This document shows, piece after piece, positions 9,391 to 18,431 of a DNA stretch of 36,423 bases. Position numbers and translations under genes: made by a program. Under the pieces are notes generated by a model. It was not told where the DNA came from. It did no database searches and was given only the letters and a program-made list of their open reading frames with translations. The first letter of the stretch is position 1. Each line of letters starts with the position of its first letter. The DNA is from a virus (lineage: Duplodnaviria; Caudoviricetes): IMG/VR virus record IMGVR_UViG_3300002162_000005, positions 1 to 36,423 of that record; one strand, written 5' to 3'.

Positions 9391-9401
9391 TTATATTTGC
9401 A
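9391..9401 (+). promoter_or_regulatory. Bacteroidota-type promoter -7 element for the scaffold/MCP operon
   Basis: TTATATTTGCA (TAnnTTTG) in the 131-nt intergenic gap, about 40 nt before ATG 9439; identical to 457-467. Confidence 0.6.
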
Positions 9402-9438
9402 ATATCAAATTCATATAAACTATTAAATACTTAAAGTT

Positions 9439-10821
9439 ATGCATTTTTTAAAATATCAATATCCACTTCTTGATGAAGTAAGTGATGGTAATGGTGGAAG
9501 TGGTGATACACCAAAACAATTTGTTGTTCTTAATGACAGCAATAAAATAGAAATTAAAAGTAATGAACCCAAAGTTGAAGAAGTAAAAACTGATATTACG
9601 CCAGTTGATAAACCTGCTGATGTTTCTACTATAGAAACTGATGAACAGAAAGCAACACGTTTAGAACAAGAAAAACAAGCAACTAATAGCACTAGTGGTA
9701 CTGTTCTTTCTATTGTAGATGCAGAAGGTGTTTCAACAGATTATATTTATGATGCTGAAGGTAATGCTACTAAAGATAATGTTATTGTTTATACAGCCGC
9801 TCAATTAAAAGAATTTGAGAATGATTCTCCTAATCCTGATGCAACTGACTTAACTGATATACATCAATCTATAAGTGAAGTTTCAGGTATAGAACTTTTA
9901 GATGAAAATAATAAACCCGTTGTATTTAAAGAGGGTCTTGAAGGTTTAGCTGAAAGAGAAGTACTAGTAAAAGATACTTTTTATAATAAAGGAAAACAAG
10001 AAGCAATTAGTGAATTGTTTCAACAACATCCTGATATTTATGAAATGTATCAATTTAAAGCTACTCATGGTAGTCTTGAAAACTTTACAAAAACTGTTGA
10101 TTATAATAATTTAGTATTAGATGATAATGCTACATCTCAAGATTTAAAAGGTATATTGTATGATTATTATACTGCCTTAGGTAATACTAAAGAACTTACT
10201 GAACGTTTAATTAATATGTCTGAAAAAGATGAAACTCTTAGAGTAGATGCTTTGAAAGGACTTGATGAACTTAAAGTAATTCAACAAAATAAAGATTCTC
10301 AAAGAGCAGCTGCTGTTAGACAACAAGAAATAGATGCTACTACTCAATTTGAAAATACTTATGGTGTTACTACTAATAGTAGAGGTGAAGTTATTAATAA
10401 AAATATTAAAGGTTCTATCTACGATAAAGTAGTTGTTGAAGGAAAGATTGGAAATATAATGATTCCTAAAGATGGTCTTATTGTTATTGATGATAATAAT
10501 AAGAAACAACGAATAACTAGAAATCAAATATTTTCTTATTTTCATACTCCTATTAAAGGTAATGATGGACAATATTATAGTCAAGCACAATTAGACGAAT
10601 CTAAACGTATATCAGATACAGATAGTTTCTTGATACAAGGTATTAAGAATCTTGCAGGTAATGATCTTTCAAGTTTAGAAAAAGTTATGCAAAATGTTAT
10701 TAGACTAAAGGATGCTAAAAAGATTATTAATATTAGTTCTAAAGCAACTCCTAAAACTTCTAACAAATCTATAGATGAACAACTAAAAGCAGGTACTGCA
10801 CATATAGTTTTTTCAAAGTAA
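9439..10821 (+). CDS. Acidic scaffold-like structural protein (crAssphage gene 77-type position)
   Basis: Lies between portal and MCP; acidic low-complexity N-terminus and helical C-half. Confidence 0.7.
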   Translation: MHFLKYQYPLLDEVSDGNGGSGDTPKQFVVLNDSNKIEIKSNEPKVEEVKTDITPVDKPADVSTIETDEQKATRLEQEKQATNSTSGTVLSIVDAEGVSTDYIYDAEGNATKDNVIVYTAAQLKEFENDSPNPDATDLTDIHQSISEVSGIELLDENNKPVVFKEGLEGLAEREVLVKDTFYNKGKQEAISELFQQHPDIYEMYQFKATHGSLENFTKTVDYNNLVLDDNATSQDLKGILYDYYTALGNTKELTERLINMSEKDETLRVDALKGLDELKVIQQNKDSQRAAAVRQQEIDATTQFENTYGVTTNSRGEVINKNIKGSIYDKVVVEGKIGNIMIPKDGLIVIDDNNKKQRITRNQIFSYFHTPIKGNDGQYYSQAQLDESKRISDTDSFLIQGIKNLAGNDLSSLEKVMQNVIRLKDAKKIINISSKATPKTSNKSIDEQLKAGTAHIVFSK

Positions 10822-10861
10822 TTAAAAACAAGTTTATTTTATAATTCAAAAATTACAAAAA

Positions 10862-12361
10862 ATGGTAAGAGAAATTGGTTCGGTACAGTATGATTCATCT
10901 ACATATCATGATGAAAATACTTTATTAAATTTTAAACTTATGAGTGCGCCTAATCTTAATCAGGCATTCACTTATTTGTGGGGTAGAGATAGTGATAAGT
11001 TTCCTTTACTTACAATGACAGAAGGTCAAATGTCAAGTATTAGTAAACGTGCTTTAAGTGGTGCTGATACTCAGTACAAGTGGAAAATTATGGGTCGTGA
11101 AAAACTTACATCTTCTGTACGTCGACTTATTACTACACCTGATACAAATGGTCAAGTTGGTGCAAATGGTGCTACTATCATTGTTGAAATGAACGACAAC
11201 TGGTTTCCATATCAATATGGTGCTTTAGCTCCTGATGGAAAATCATTGATTCGTATTCAATCGGAAGGTAAACCTACAGGTCGTGGAACTTATACTTATA
11301 CATGGGTATCTCAAACAGGTCGTGGTATTGATGCTACTAATTTTGCTGCCGGTATCTTTTGGGCATTAGCAGTTGCTACTATTCCAGCATCTAAATCTGA
11401 TGGTACACGTGATAATAAATCTTCATTTAATGAAGCTTCTAATCAATTCGGATTCCATAGGTTCTCTCAGAATATAGCAGGTAATATCGCTAATAAAGTT
11501 TTGGATATTCAGTTTGATGTTGTAGATGAAAATGGTAAGAAATCTACTACTAATAAGTGGATACCATACCAAATGAAGAAATGGGAAGTACAACGTAAAC
11601 AACTTCTTGAAGAAGATTTATGGCGTTCTCAATATAACCGTGATAAGAACGGAGTTATTATATTAAAAGATCCTTCTAATAATGAAGTAATTCCTCGTGG
11701 TGCTGGTATCTTAGAACAAATTTCTGCTGCAGGTAATGACTTCTATTATTCTAACTTTACTCGTTCATTACTTGATATGATTCATGATCATGTAAATAGT
11801 AATCGTATTGGTGATAAAGTAGGAGAAAAGATTCTTTATTGTGGTAAAGGATTCTGTCGTGAATTTTCTAAAGCATTAGAACGTGATGCTAAGTTTAATA
11901 ACTATTTTCAAGCATTAGGAGAAAAAGTTATTAAAGATGGTACTGATGGTTATCTTTCTTATGGTGCATACTTTAATCAGTATAAACTTCAAGATGGCAC
12001 AATCTTTACTATCAAGCCCGTTAATATGTTTGATTGGGGTTCGTTAGCTGAAATGCAGAAACGTAATGGTAATATGATTGATGGTTTGCCATTAGATTCT
12101 TATACTGCCATTTGTCTTGATCACTCTATGGTATCAGATAATGATCTTGGTGATACTCGTAATATACAATTAGTATATGAAGAAGGAAGAGAATTTCAAA
12201 TGGGTATCTATAAAGGTATGTCTCCTCTTCCTGCTGAGTGGGGTGCTTCTGCAAGTAATATTATTAGTGATACTAAAGATGTTGCTTCATACGAAGTAAT
12301 TTGTTCTCAGGGTATTAATATGCTTGACCCAACTACTTCATTCTCTATGTTCCGTAGTTAA
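10862..12361 (+). CDS. Major capsid protein (crAss-like, HK97 fold)
   Basis: 499 aa; DKFPLLTMTEG, YKWKIMG, NQFGFHRFSQNIAGN, GAGILEQI, YGAYFNQY; canonical TerL-portal-scaffold-MCP synteny. Confidence 0.9.
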   Translation: MVREIGSVQYDSSTYHDENTLLNFKLMSAPNLNQAFTYLWGRDSDKFPLLTMTEGQMSSISKRALSGADTQYKWKIMGREKLTSSVRRLITTPDTNGQVGANGATIIVEMNDNWFPYQYGALAPDGKSLIRIQSEGKPTGRGTYTYTWVSQTGRGIDATNFAAGIFWALAVATIPASKSDGTRDNKSSFNEASNQFGFHRFSQNIAGNIANKVLDIQFDVVDENGKKSTTNKWIPYQMKKWEVQRKQLLEEDLWRSQYNRDKNGVIILKDPSNNEVIPRGAGILEQISAAGNDFYYSNFTRSLLDMIHDHVNSNRIGDKVGEKILYCGKGFCREFSKALERDAKFNNYFQALGEKVIKDGTDGYLSYGAYFNQYKLQDGTIFTIKPVNMFDWGSLAEMQKRNGNMIDGLPLDSYTAICLDHSMVSDNDLGDTRNIQLVYEEGREFQMGIYKGMSPLPAEWGASASNIISDTKDVASYEVICSQGINMLDPTTSFSMFRS

Positions 12362-12410
12362 TCCTATTTGTATAAAATAATAAAGTACATATAAACTAAA
12401 TATTTATAAC

Positions 12411-13424
12411 ATGATTAAAGTAACTAAAAAACTAGTTCTAAAATATAAACTTGCACTTAGTGTTTTTGAACAACTCAACAAAGCGGCATATGCTACTCAG
12501 ATTAGAAGTCTGGGTACTAGTCGGAATATTGTAAATACAATTCTTTCTCATAATACTTTTTGTGATTCTATATTACCTATTATTATAGGTAATAATAAAC
12601 TCAATGCTGATTGGGAGAAAGAAAAAAGTGAATATATTGCTTCAATACAATTAGCTGTTCCTGCTACAGGTGTTACCTTTGAACTAACATCAAATTTTGA
12701 TTTAGACAATCCTAATACTAAAAAAGAAATAGAATTATATGTTGAAGAAAATAACTTATATTCTAATGAAGAACATTCAAAAATTAAGTCCGAAGCTGAT
12801 ATTGTAAAACATATTTTAGCTGATAAAAATGTTCTACCAATTGATCTACATAAATACTTTAAATTTATTAATCCTAAAGATTATCTTTATTGGATTGTAT
12901 GTGTAAATTCATCTCAAGTATCTAATACGGCAGATGATGTAAATAAATCATCTAATATTAGATTCTTCTTATATGATGAAAAAGTAGCAAGAAAAATTGA
13001 TATGGATAACAATAAATTAGAACTAGAAGCTGTAAATAAATTAAATGCACTTAAACAAGGTTCTGATGCTGAGAATATTCTAAAGGGTATTGCTATTATT
13101 AATAATGTAATTCCTTATGAAGAACTTGAAGGAACTGATTTGGAAGATCTTTATTTAATTATGTATAAGTATTGTAAAGAATCTCCTAATGATTTCTTGA
13201 CTGTTGCTAAAGATGAAGATATTAAAATACAATCTAAACTTAGATTATATATAAATAATAATATCTTTGCCTATGATGACAAAGGAAATATTGTTGAAGC
13301 TTTAGATCATACTAAAATAATTGGTAAGGATACTACATCTGCAATTTCTTATTTTAAAAATCCTATAAACAAAGGAGAACTTACTAAATTTGAAGGTGCA
13401 TATAAATCACTTAAACTTAGATAA
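12411..13424 (+). CDS. Conserved crAss-like virion-module protein (gene 75-type)
   Basis: Directly after MCP; PKDYLYW, NIRFFLYDE, IIGKDTTSAISYFKNPINK. Confidence 0.7.
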   Translation: MIKVTKKLVLKYKLALSVFEQLNKAAYATQIRSLGTSRNIVNTILSHNTFCDSILPIIIGNNKLNADWEKEKSEYIASIQLAVPATGVTFELTSNFDLDNPNTKKEIELYVEENNLYSNEEHSKIKSEADIVKHILADKNVLPIDLHKYFKFINPKDYLYWIVCVNSSQVSNTADDVNKSSNIRFFLYDEKVARKIDMDNNKLELEAVNKLNALKQGSDAENILKGIAIINNVIPYEELEGTDLEDLYLIMYKYCKESPNDFLTVAKDEDIKIQSKLRLYINNNIFAYDDKGNIVEALDHTKIIGKDTTSAISYFKNPINKGELTKFEGAYKSLKLR

Positions 13425-13426
13425 TA

Positions 13427-14476
13427 ATGTATAGTAACGTAGCATCATTACATATTGCACTAGATGAAAGAGTACAACAACTTAATAGTAATCGAAAGCA
13501 ATCCATTCATGCAGAACAGTATGATATGGCACTTAATGATGCTATGTTTGCTATTCTTAAAGAAAAATGTTCTTCTAATTTAAATCTTAGAAAAGAAGGA
13601 TTTGAAGATTCTATTAAACGTTATGATGATCTTCAATCATTAAAGAAAGAAGTTCCAGTTGCTTTATATTATGATTCTCAAGGTAATGCCAAATATGATT
13701 TACCTTCTGATTATTATCATTATATAACTTCTTATTGTAATATTTTATTTTCAAGAAATAATATACCTAAGTCCTATACTTTAAGTAATAGATATATTTC
13801 AGTAATAGATCTTAGTAAAGTTACTACTGATAATGTTGAATATAAGATAAACATAACTCTTGCTGATGCTACAGTTGTATCAACTAATGGTTATGAAGTT
13901 CTTGTAAAGAGTTCTAAAAGTATATTTTATTTCTTTGATTATATTAAAGAATTTATTAAATCTAAGTATGATATTGATTGTTACTATGAAAATTATAAGG
14001 GTAGATATTATCCTTGTTCTTTAATAATGGTAACTAATTTAAGTACTAAAGTTGTTACCGCAGTTGGTAATCCTGAAATGAAAACTAATTTAATTCCTAT
14101 AGTTGATCAATTAGAAACTTATGTTTATCCTTTAGTTTCTACATTTATAAATATGGGAAATAAAAAAATAGATTTATTATCTTCTTCTAATATTAATATA
14201 AAAAATAATGATTATTATTCTTCTAAAAACTTACATTTAAATCCTTGTTGCAAAATAATAAATGGAGTAGTTACTATTCCAACTAATAAACAATTTGTAC
14301 CTTATCTTCCTTATTTAGAATATATTAAAACTCCTAGATTAATAGATAGTAGAATTAATCAAACAACTGATATGAATATAACAGATGAAATACTGAATAA
14401 AGCTGCTACTAATCTTTTAGGTATATTACAAGATAAAGGCTATCAAATAAGTCGTCAAAAAGAACAAACTAATTAA
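13427..14476 (+). CDS. Tail ring/adaptor protein (gene 74-type)
   Basis: GFEDSIKRYDDLQSL, LPSDYYHYI, LEYIKTP: head-tail ring protein-like motifs, plus synteny. Confidence 0.7.
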   Translation: MYSNVASLHIALDERVQQLNSNRKQSIHAEQYDMALNDAMFAILKEKCSSNLNLRKEGFEDSIKRYDDLQSLKKEVPVALYYDSQGNAKYDLPSDYYHYITSYCNILFSRNNIPKSYTLSNRYISVIDLSKVTTDNVEYKINITLADATVVSTNGYEVLVKSSKSIFYFFDYIKEFIKSKYDIDCYYENYKGRYYPCSLIMVTNLSTKVVTAVGNPEMKTNLIPIVDQLETYVYPLVSTFINMGNKKIDLLSSSNINIKNNDYYSSKNLHLNPCCKIINGVVTIPTNKQFVPYLPYLEYIKTPRLIDSRINQTTDMNITDEILNKAATNLLGILQDKGYQISRQKEQTN

Positions 14477-14488
14477 AACAAATAACGT

Positions 14489-15397
14489 ATGAGAACAATG
14501 CTCGTTGCTAATGCACTTGTTACAACAGTTGCTGCAGCAGTTAATAAAGGAGATTTAATAATTTTAAATCCGAATGGTACTCCTTATGATACCATGCTTA
14601 CGCCTATTGATGTTTCTGATAAAAATGCTCCATATGTATTACTTAATGCTTTAGGTAATGGATCATTTAAAAAATTTGAAATATATCCTAATATGAGTTA
14701 CAAAGGTCAACTTAGTGGTTCAGCAACTAATGTAATTCCTCATTATGATATTACGTATCCTATTGGAAATGCTAGAACTGATTCCTTTGGTAATCAATTT
14801 GAAGGTGGAATTGTTGTAAAACAATGGAATGAAAATCATAATGCCTATGAAACTAGAAAAATATTAAGTGTTGAAGTTATTGGAACTAATGGTACAGTTG
14901 CTAATGCTGATGTAAAAGTTGCATTTAAAGCTGCTATGGCTAGTATTACAGGTACAGGTATAGGAAAGTATATCACTACTGCTACTCATACTACTGATGT
15001 ATCATCTGTATTTAATTTATTGGATACTACTTATTTTATTGAATTAATAGGTGATCTTCGTTGGTGGGATTTAGTAAAAACTAATGGTTCTAATTTAGCA
15101 GTAACTGGTGCAGATGCTGTTAAGTTTGAAAAAGAACTTGCTCCTAATTCAGGTTACCATCATGCTACTGAATTGAATAATGACTTATATGCTGAGTCTA
15201 ACTTTATTGCTGATGCTTCGGAAGATGCCTATGACATTGTTAGTATATTTACTAGTCAAGAAGCTCAACGTGCATTAGTATTAGGTTCAGGTGGATTTAT
15301 AACTGAATGTCATGTTTATACTCCTCATGTTGATATGATGAATCCAGTATATCAAGGTCTTACTACATTTTTGGAAGCTTTAAGAGTTGCTGAATAA
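14489..15397 (+). CDS. Virion structural protein (gene 73-type, possibly auxiliary capsid protein)
   Basis: Beta-rich and Thr/Ala/Gly-rich; last gene before a terminator in the MCP operon. Confidence 0.55.
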   Translation: MRTMLVANALVTTVAAAVNKGDLIILNPNGTPYDTMLTPIDVSDKNAPYVLLNALGNGSFKKFEIYPNMSYKGQLSGSATNVIPHYDITYPIGNARTDSFGNQFEGGIVVKQWNENHNAYETRKILSVEVIGTNGTVANADVKVAFKAAMASITGTGIGKYITTATHTTDVSSVFNLLDTTYFIELIGDLRWWDLVKTNGSNLAVTGADAVKFEKELAPNSGYHHATELNNDLYAESNFIADASEDAYDIVSIFTSQEAQRALVLGSGGFITECHVYTPHVDMMNPVYQGLTTFLEALRVAE

Positions 15398-15405
15398 TTA
15401 TTAAT

Positions 15406-15444
15406 AAAGTATCTACTATTAATTTAGTAGATACTTTTGATTTT
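15406..15444 (+). terminator. Rho-independent terminator ending the capsid operon
   Basis: Perfect 13-bp stem AAAGTATCTACTA-ttaatt-TAGTAGATACTTT followed by TGATTTT. Confidence 0.75.
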
Positions 15445-15451
15445 ATAAATT

Positions 15452-16375
15452 ATGGTATTAAGTAAAATAGATCATATTCCTAATTCTACAGATGCCCATG
15501 GTATATATTTTGTATATACTGTTAGTAATCCTTCAATTACAGGAGTATATATTCATGCAGAAGATGGTACTGTACAATGTTTAGGTAATCCTTGTTTATG
15601 GGAAGACACTAGTAATGATATAGGAAATGTTTATAATTGGTATGCCGTTACTGATCCTAGAAATATTGCTCCAATAGGTTGGCATGCTCCTAGTTCTGAT
15701 GAATGGGGAACTCTTATTAATTTTGCAGGTTCTAATAAAACAACTATAGCTGAAATTGCTAGAGAAGCTGCTAGAAAATTAGTATTAATAGGTGGAACAT
15801 TATGGTATAATGGAAGTCTTGTTGATTCTACTTATACTAATTCTTTAAAAATGAATATTATAAGTACTAAACAATATTATGTAGAATATCAGGCTTTTAA
15901 TAATGCATTTGTTACTAGATTTTTTACTACTGATACAGCTATAAATGATACACCCTCTTATGCTAAATGTGCAACATTTATTGAAAATGCTGATGAAGAT
16001 ACTGCCTATTTAACTGATAATAAAATTAATGCCACATATATAGATACTGGCACAAATAAAGATGTATTATATGCAAATAGAAAAGATGATGGATTACCTT
16101 TACGATTAATTAAAGATGATTCTAATTATGTTTCTGAAGTTGTAGATATGGATGGAAATACTTATCCTACTATAAAAATTGGTAATCAAGTTTGGTTAGC
16201 TCGTAACTATAGATGTACTAAATATAGAACTGGAGAAAGTATTGGACTTACTTTTGGTATAGATAATGTTGGAGCTACTGCAATTGATTTAAGTAATAAT
16301 CTTATAAAACCTAAAAATGATAAACAAATATCTTCATCTATAATACTTAATAATAGTGGAGGTGGTGCATCATAA
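15452..16375 (+). CDS. Fib_succ_major (FISUMP)-like domain protein, circularly permuted; putative fibre/receptor-binding protein
   Basis: GNVYNWYAVTDPRNIAPIGWHAPSSDEW, GLPLRLIKD, DMDGNTYPTIKIGNQVWLARN. Confidence 0.8.
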   Translation: MVLSKIDHIPNSTDAHGIYFVYTVSNPSITGVYIHAEDGTVQCLGNPCLWEDTSNDIGNVYNWYAVTDPRNIAPIGWHAPSSDEWGTLINFAGSNKTTIAEIAREAARKLVLIGGTLWYNGSLVDSTYTNSLKMNIISTKQYYVEYQAFNNAFVTRFFTTDTAINDTPSYAKCATFIENADEDTAYLTDNKINATYIDTGTNKDVLYANRKDDGLPLRLIKDDSNYVSEVVDMDGNTYPTIKIGNQVWLARNYRCTKYRTGESIGLTFGIDNVGATAIDLSNNLIKPKNDKQISSSIILNNSGGGAS

Positions 16376-16419
16376 ATTATTATTAATTAAAGTTAATCAA
16401 TTTTCATATTCATACTATT

Positions 16420-17406
16420 ATGATTACATTTAATAAATTAAATAGATTACCTACAATTAATGATACTAATGGATTCTATGCTGTATATAATTCTACTGAT
16501 GCAAATGGTATTTATATAGTTACAAATACTAAAGTAATTACTATATGTCAACCTGAAAAATGGAAACTTAATTTGGTACATACTACTGTAGGTCATCCTA
16601 GATTTAATACTGGTAATATTACTACTAATTATTTTAATTTAGATTGGCTACCTACTGTTAGAAGATTAGCTTCAGGAGGAGTTGATGGTATTGGTAATAC
16701 TGATTATCCAGGTTGGAATATAATAGTAAATTATTTAGGTAAATCTATAAATGGAATAACTACTAGTGTTATGTTTGCATGTGGTTTACCTGAAGGATCT
16801 TTAACAGTAAGTATACAAACTCCAGCTGAACCTTATTATTATAATGAAGGACGAGCAGTTATATTATGTAGACCAACTACTACTATAGAAAACAATTATA
16901 TAGATGGTACTATACTATTTAATATATATACTGACTATGAAGGTAATCCATATGATGGAGTTAAATTAGGAACTAGAATATGGTTACAAAGAGTACTTAA
17001 AACTACACATTATGCTAATGGAGATTCTATTCCATCTACCTTAAATAGTTCTGATTGGAGTACAACTACTAGTGGTGCTACATATTTTTATAATGATACT
17101 CTTACAGGATTAATTACTGATACTGATAAAATAAATGCCTATGGTAGATGTTATAATCATTATACTTTATATGATCCTAGAAGTTTAGTAGTTAATAATT
17201 CTTTGGGTTGGACTATTCCCTATGATACTGATTTTAATTTATTAATATCATATTTAAAGACTACATATAATATTGCTAGTAATGATGACTTACGATTAAA
17301 GTTATTATCTACTAGACAACTAAATAATAGTTATAATTCTAATGTTATATCTCCTATTAAAACTAATTTTATTTCTTCAACAATTATATATTCACCAACA
17401 AAATAA
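16420..17406 (+). CDS. Second FISUMP-like domain protein with a different circular permutation
   Basis: DYEGNPYDGVKLGTRIWLQRVLKTTHYANGDSIP, YGRCYNHY, GWTIPYDTDFNLLISYL, with HPRFN..TNYFNLDWLPTVRR and GRAVILCR placed N-terminally. Confidence 0.78.
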   Translation: MITFNKLNRLPTINDTNGFYAVYNSTDANGIYIVTNTKVITICQPEKWKLNLVHTTVGHPRFNTGNITTNYFNLDWLPTVRRLASGGVDGIGNTDYPGWNIIVNYLGKSINGITTSVMFACGLPEGSLTVSIQTPAEPYYYNEGRAVILCRPTTTIENNYIDGTILFNIYTDYEGNPYDGVKLGTRIWLQRVLKTTHYANGDSIPSTLNSSDWSTTTSGATYFYNDTLTGLITDTDKINAYGRCYNHYTLYDPRSLVVNNSLGWTIPYDTDFNLLISYLKTTYNIASNDDLRLKLLSTRQLNNSYNSNVISPIKTNFISSTIIYSPTK

Positions 17407-17411
17407 ATATT

Positions 17412-17780
17412 ATGTCAAGATTTATTGAACTTAATCGTAAACCTGTTATTTCTGATGTTGCAGGTCTTTACTTTGTATTTGACTCCGATGTTCCTACTAA
17501 TAATGGTATATATGAAAAAGATACTAATACTTCAGAACCTATTAAAGTATCTGCCTTTAATATAGGAAATTTAACTGATATATTTACTGAAACTATTAAT
17601 GGAGTTACTGATCAAGTAACTTATACTTTAACTCATTCTCCATTAAGTATATTTGATATAAATGTAACTGCTCAATTTGTTCAGCCAAAAGTTATTTCTA
17701 TTAATGGAAATACAGTTACTTTAGATTCAGGTTTAGTAAGTGATGGAGTAATAATTTTTAATTATAAATATATTCACTAA
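17412..17780 (+). CDS. Small structural protein sharing the N-terminal module of the two FISUMP proteins
   Basis: LNRKPVISDVAGLYFVFDSDVPTNNGIY followed by a beta-rich domain (YTLTHSP..ISINGNTVTL..IIFNY). Confidence 0.65.
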   Translation: MSRFIELNRKPVISDVAGLYFVFDSDVPTNNGIYEKDTNTSEPIKVSAFNIGNLTDIFTETINGVTDQVTYTLTHSPLSIFDINVTAQFVQPKVISINGNTVTLDSGLVSDGVIIFNYKYIH

Positions 17781-17783
17781 ATT

Positions 17784-18128
17784 ATGCCTTGTCAAGATCT
17801 TCTTAGATTAGATTTAGGTACTTTGCCTGATAATGTATATCCTAAAGATGATTGTAGAGTTTATATATATAAACGAACTAATGGTCATGTATATATTTTT
17901 AGAGATGGTAATGAAACTCATATTTGTTGTGACTTAGGACTTACTAATAAAGTACCTATACTAAGTGCAGCTATAGGAGATTCTAATGTACCAGATACTA
18001 GTGTATTAGATACACCTGATCTTACTCATAGATTCTTATTTTCTTTTAATAATTTAATGTATATGTTTAATCATGATAGAACTTACACTGTAATTGGAGG
18101 TTTAGATTGGACTTTAAAAGAATGGTAA
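17784..18128 (+). CDS. Small hypothetical structural protein, possibly fibre hub-associated
   Basis: 114-aa ORF with two loosely similar P-D..aromatic beta-hairpin halves. Confidence 0.6.
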   Translation: MPCQDLLRLDLGTLPDNVYPKDDCRVYIYKRTNGHVYIFRDGNETHICCDLGLTNKVPILSAAIGDSNVPDTSVLDTPDLTHRFLFSFNNLMYMFNHDRTYTVIGGLDWTLKEW

Positions 18129-18131
18129 TAT

Positions 18132-18428
18132 ATGGAACAAATATTTAGTCAACTAACAGATTGTTTTGATTTAGGACTAATGATAAGTATAACGATACTT
18201 ACTTATTTAGTTCTAAAGTTATTAGAAAAAATAGTATTAGCAACTCATAAATATGTAAAACAAATTATTACGGCACTATGTGCTATAATATTATGTATTA
18301 TATTTTATTACTTTGCTAATCTTACTGTAAAACAAATAATACCTACATATTTACTTAGTATTACTTTCTATGATTCAATTATAAAGAAAGTATTAGAACA
18401 ATTTAATGTAGGATATAAAAAACAATAA
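18132..18428 (+). CDS. Holin-like small membrane protein (2-3 TM)
   Basis: 98 aa with hydrophobic segments LGLMISITILTYLVL, IITALCAIILCIIFYYFA, IIPTYLLSITFY; basic C-terminus. Confidence 0.6.
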   Translation: MEQIFSQLTDCFDLGLMISITILTYLVLKLLEKIVLATHKYVKQIITALCAIILCIIFYYFANLTVKQIIPTYLLSITFYDSIIKKVLEQFNVGYKKQ

Positions 18429-18431
18429 GTT

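Noticed and set aside
4486-12361. Introns or inteins in terL, portal or MCP, and stop-codon recoding, as seen in some crAss-like phages
   Set aside because: Genes are uninterrupted and of normal length in code 11; no intein or homing-endonuclease motifs seen
15452-17406. Diversity-generating retroelement acting on the FISUMP genes
   Set aside because: No reverse transcriptase and no ~100-bp TR/VR pair differing at adenines seen in this window; it could still exist elsewhere in the genome
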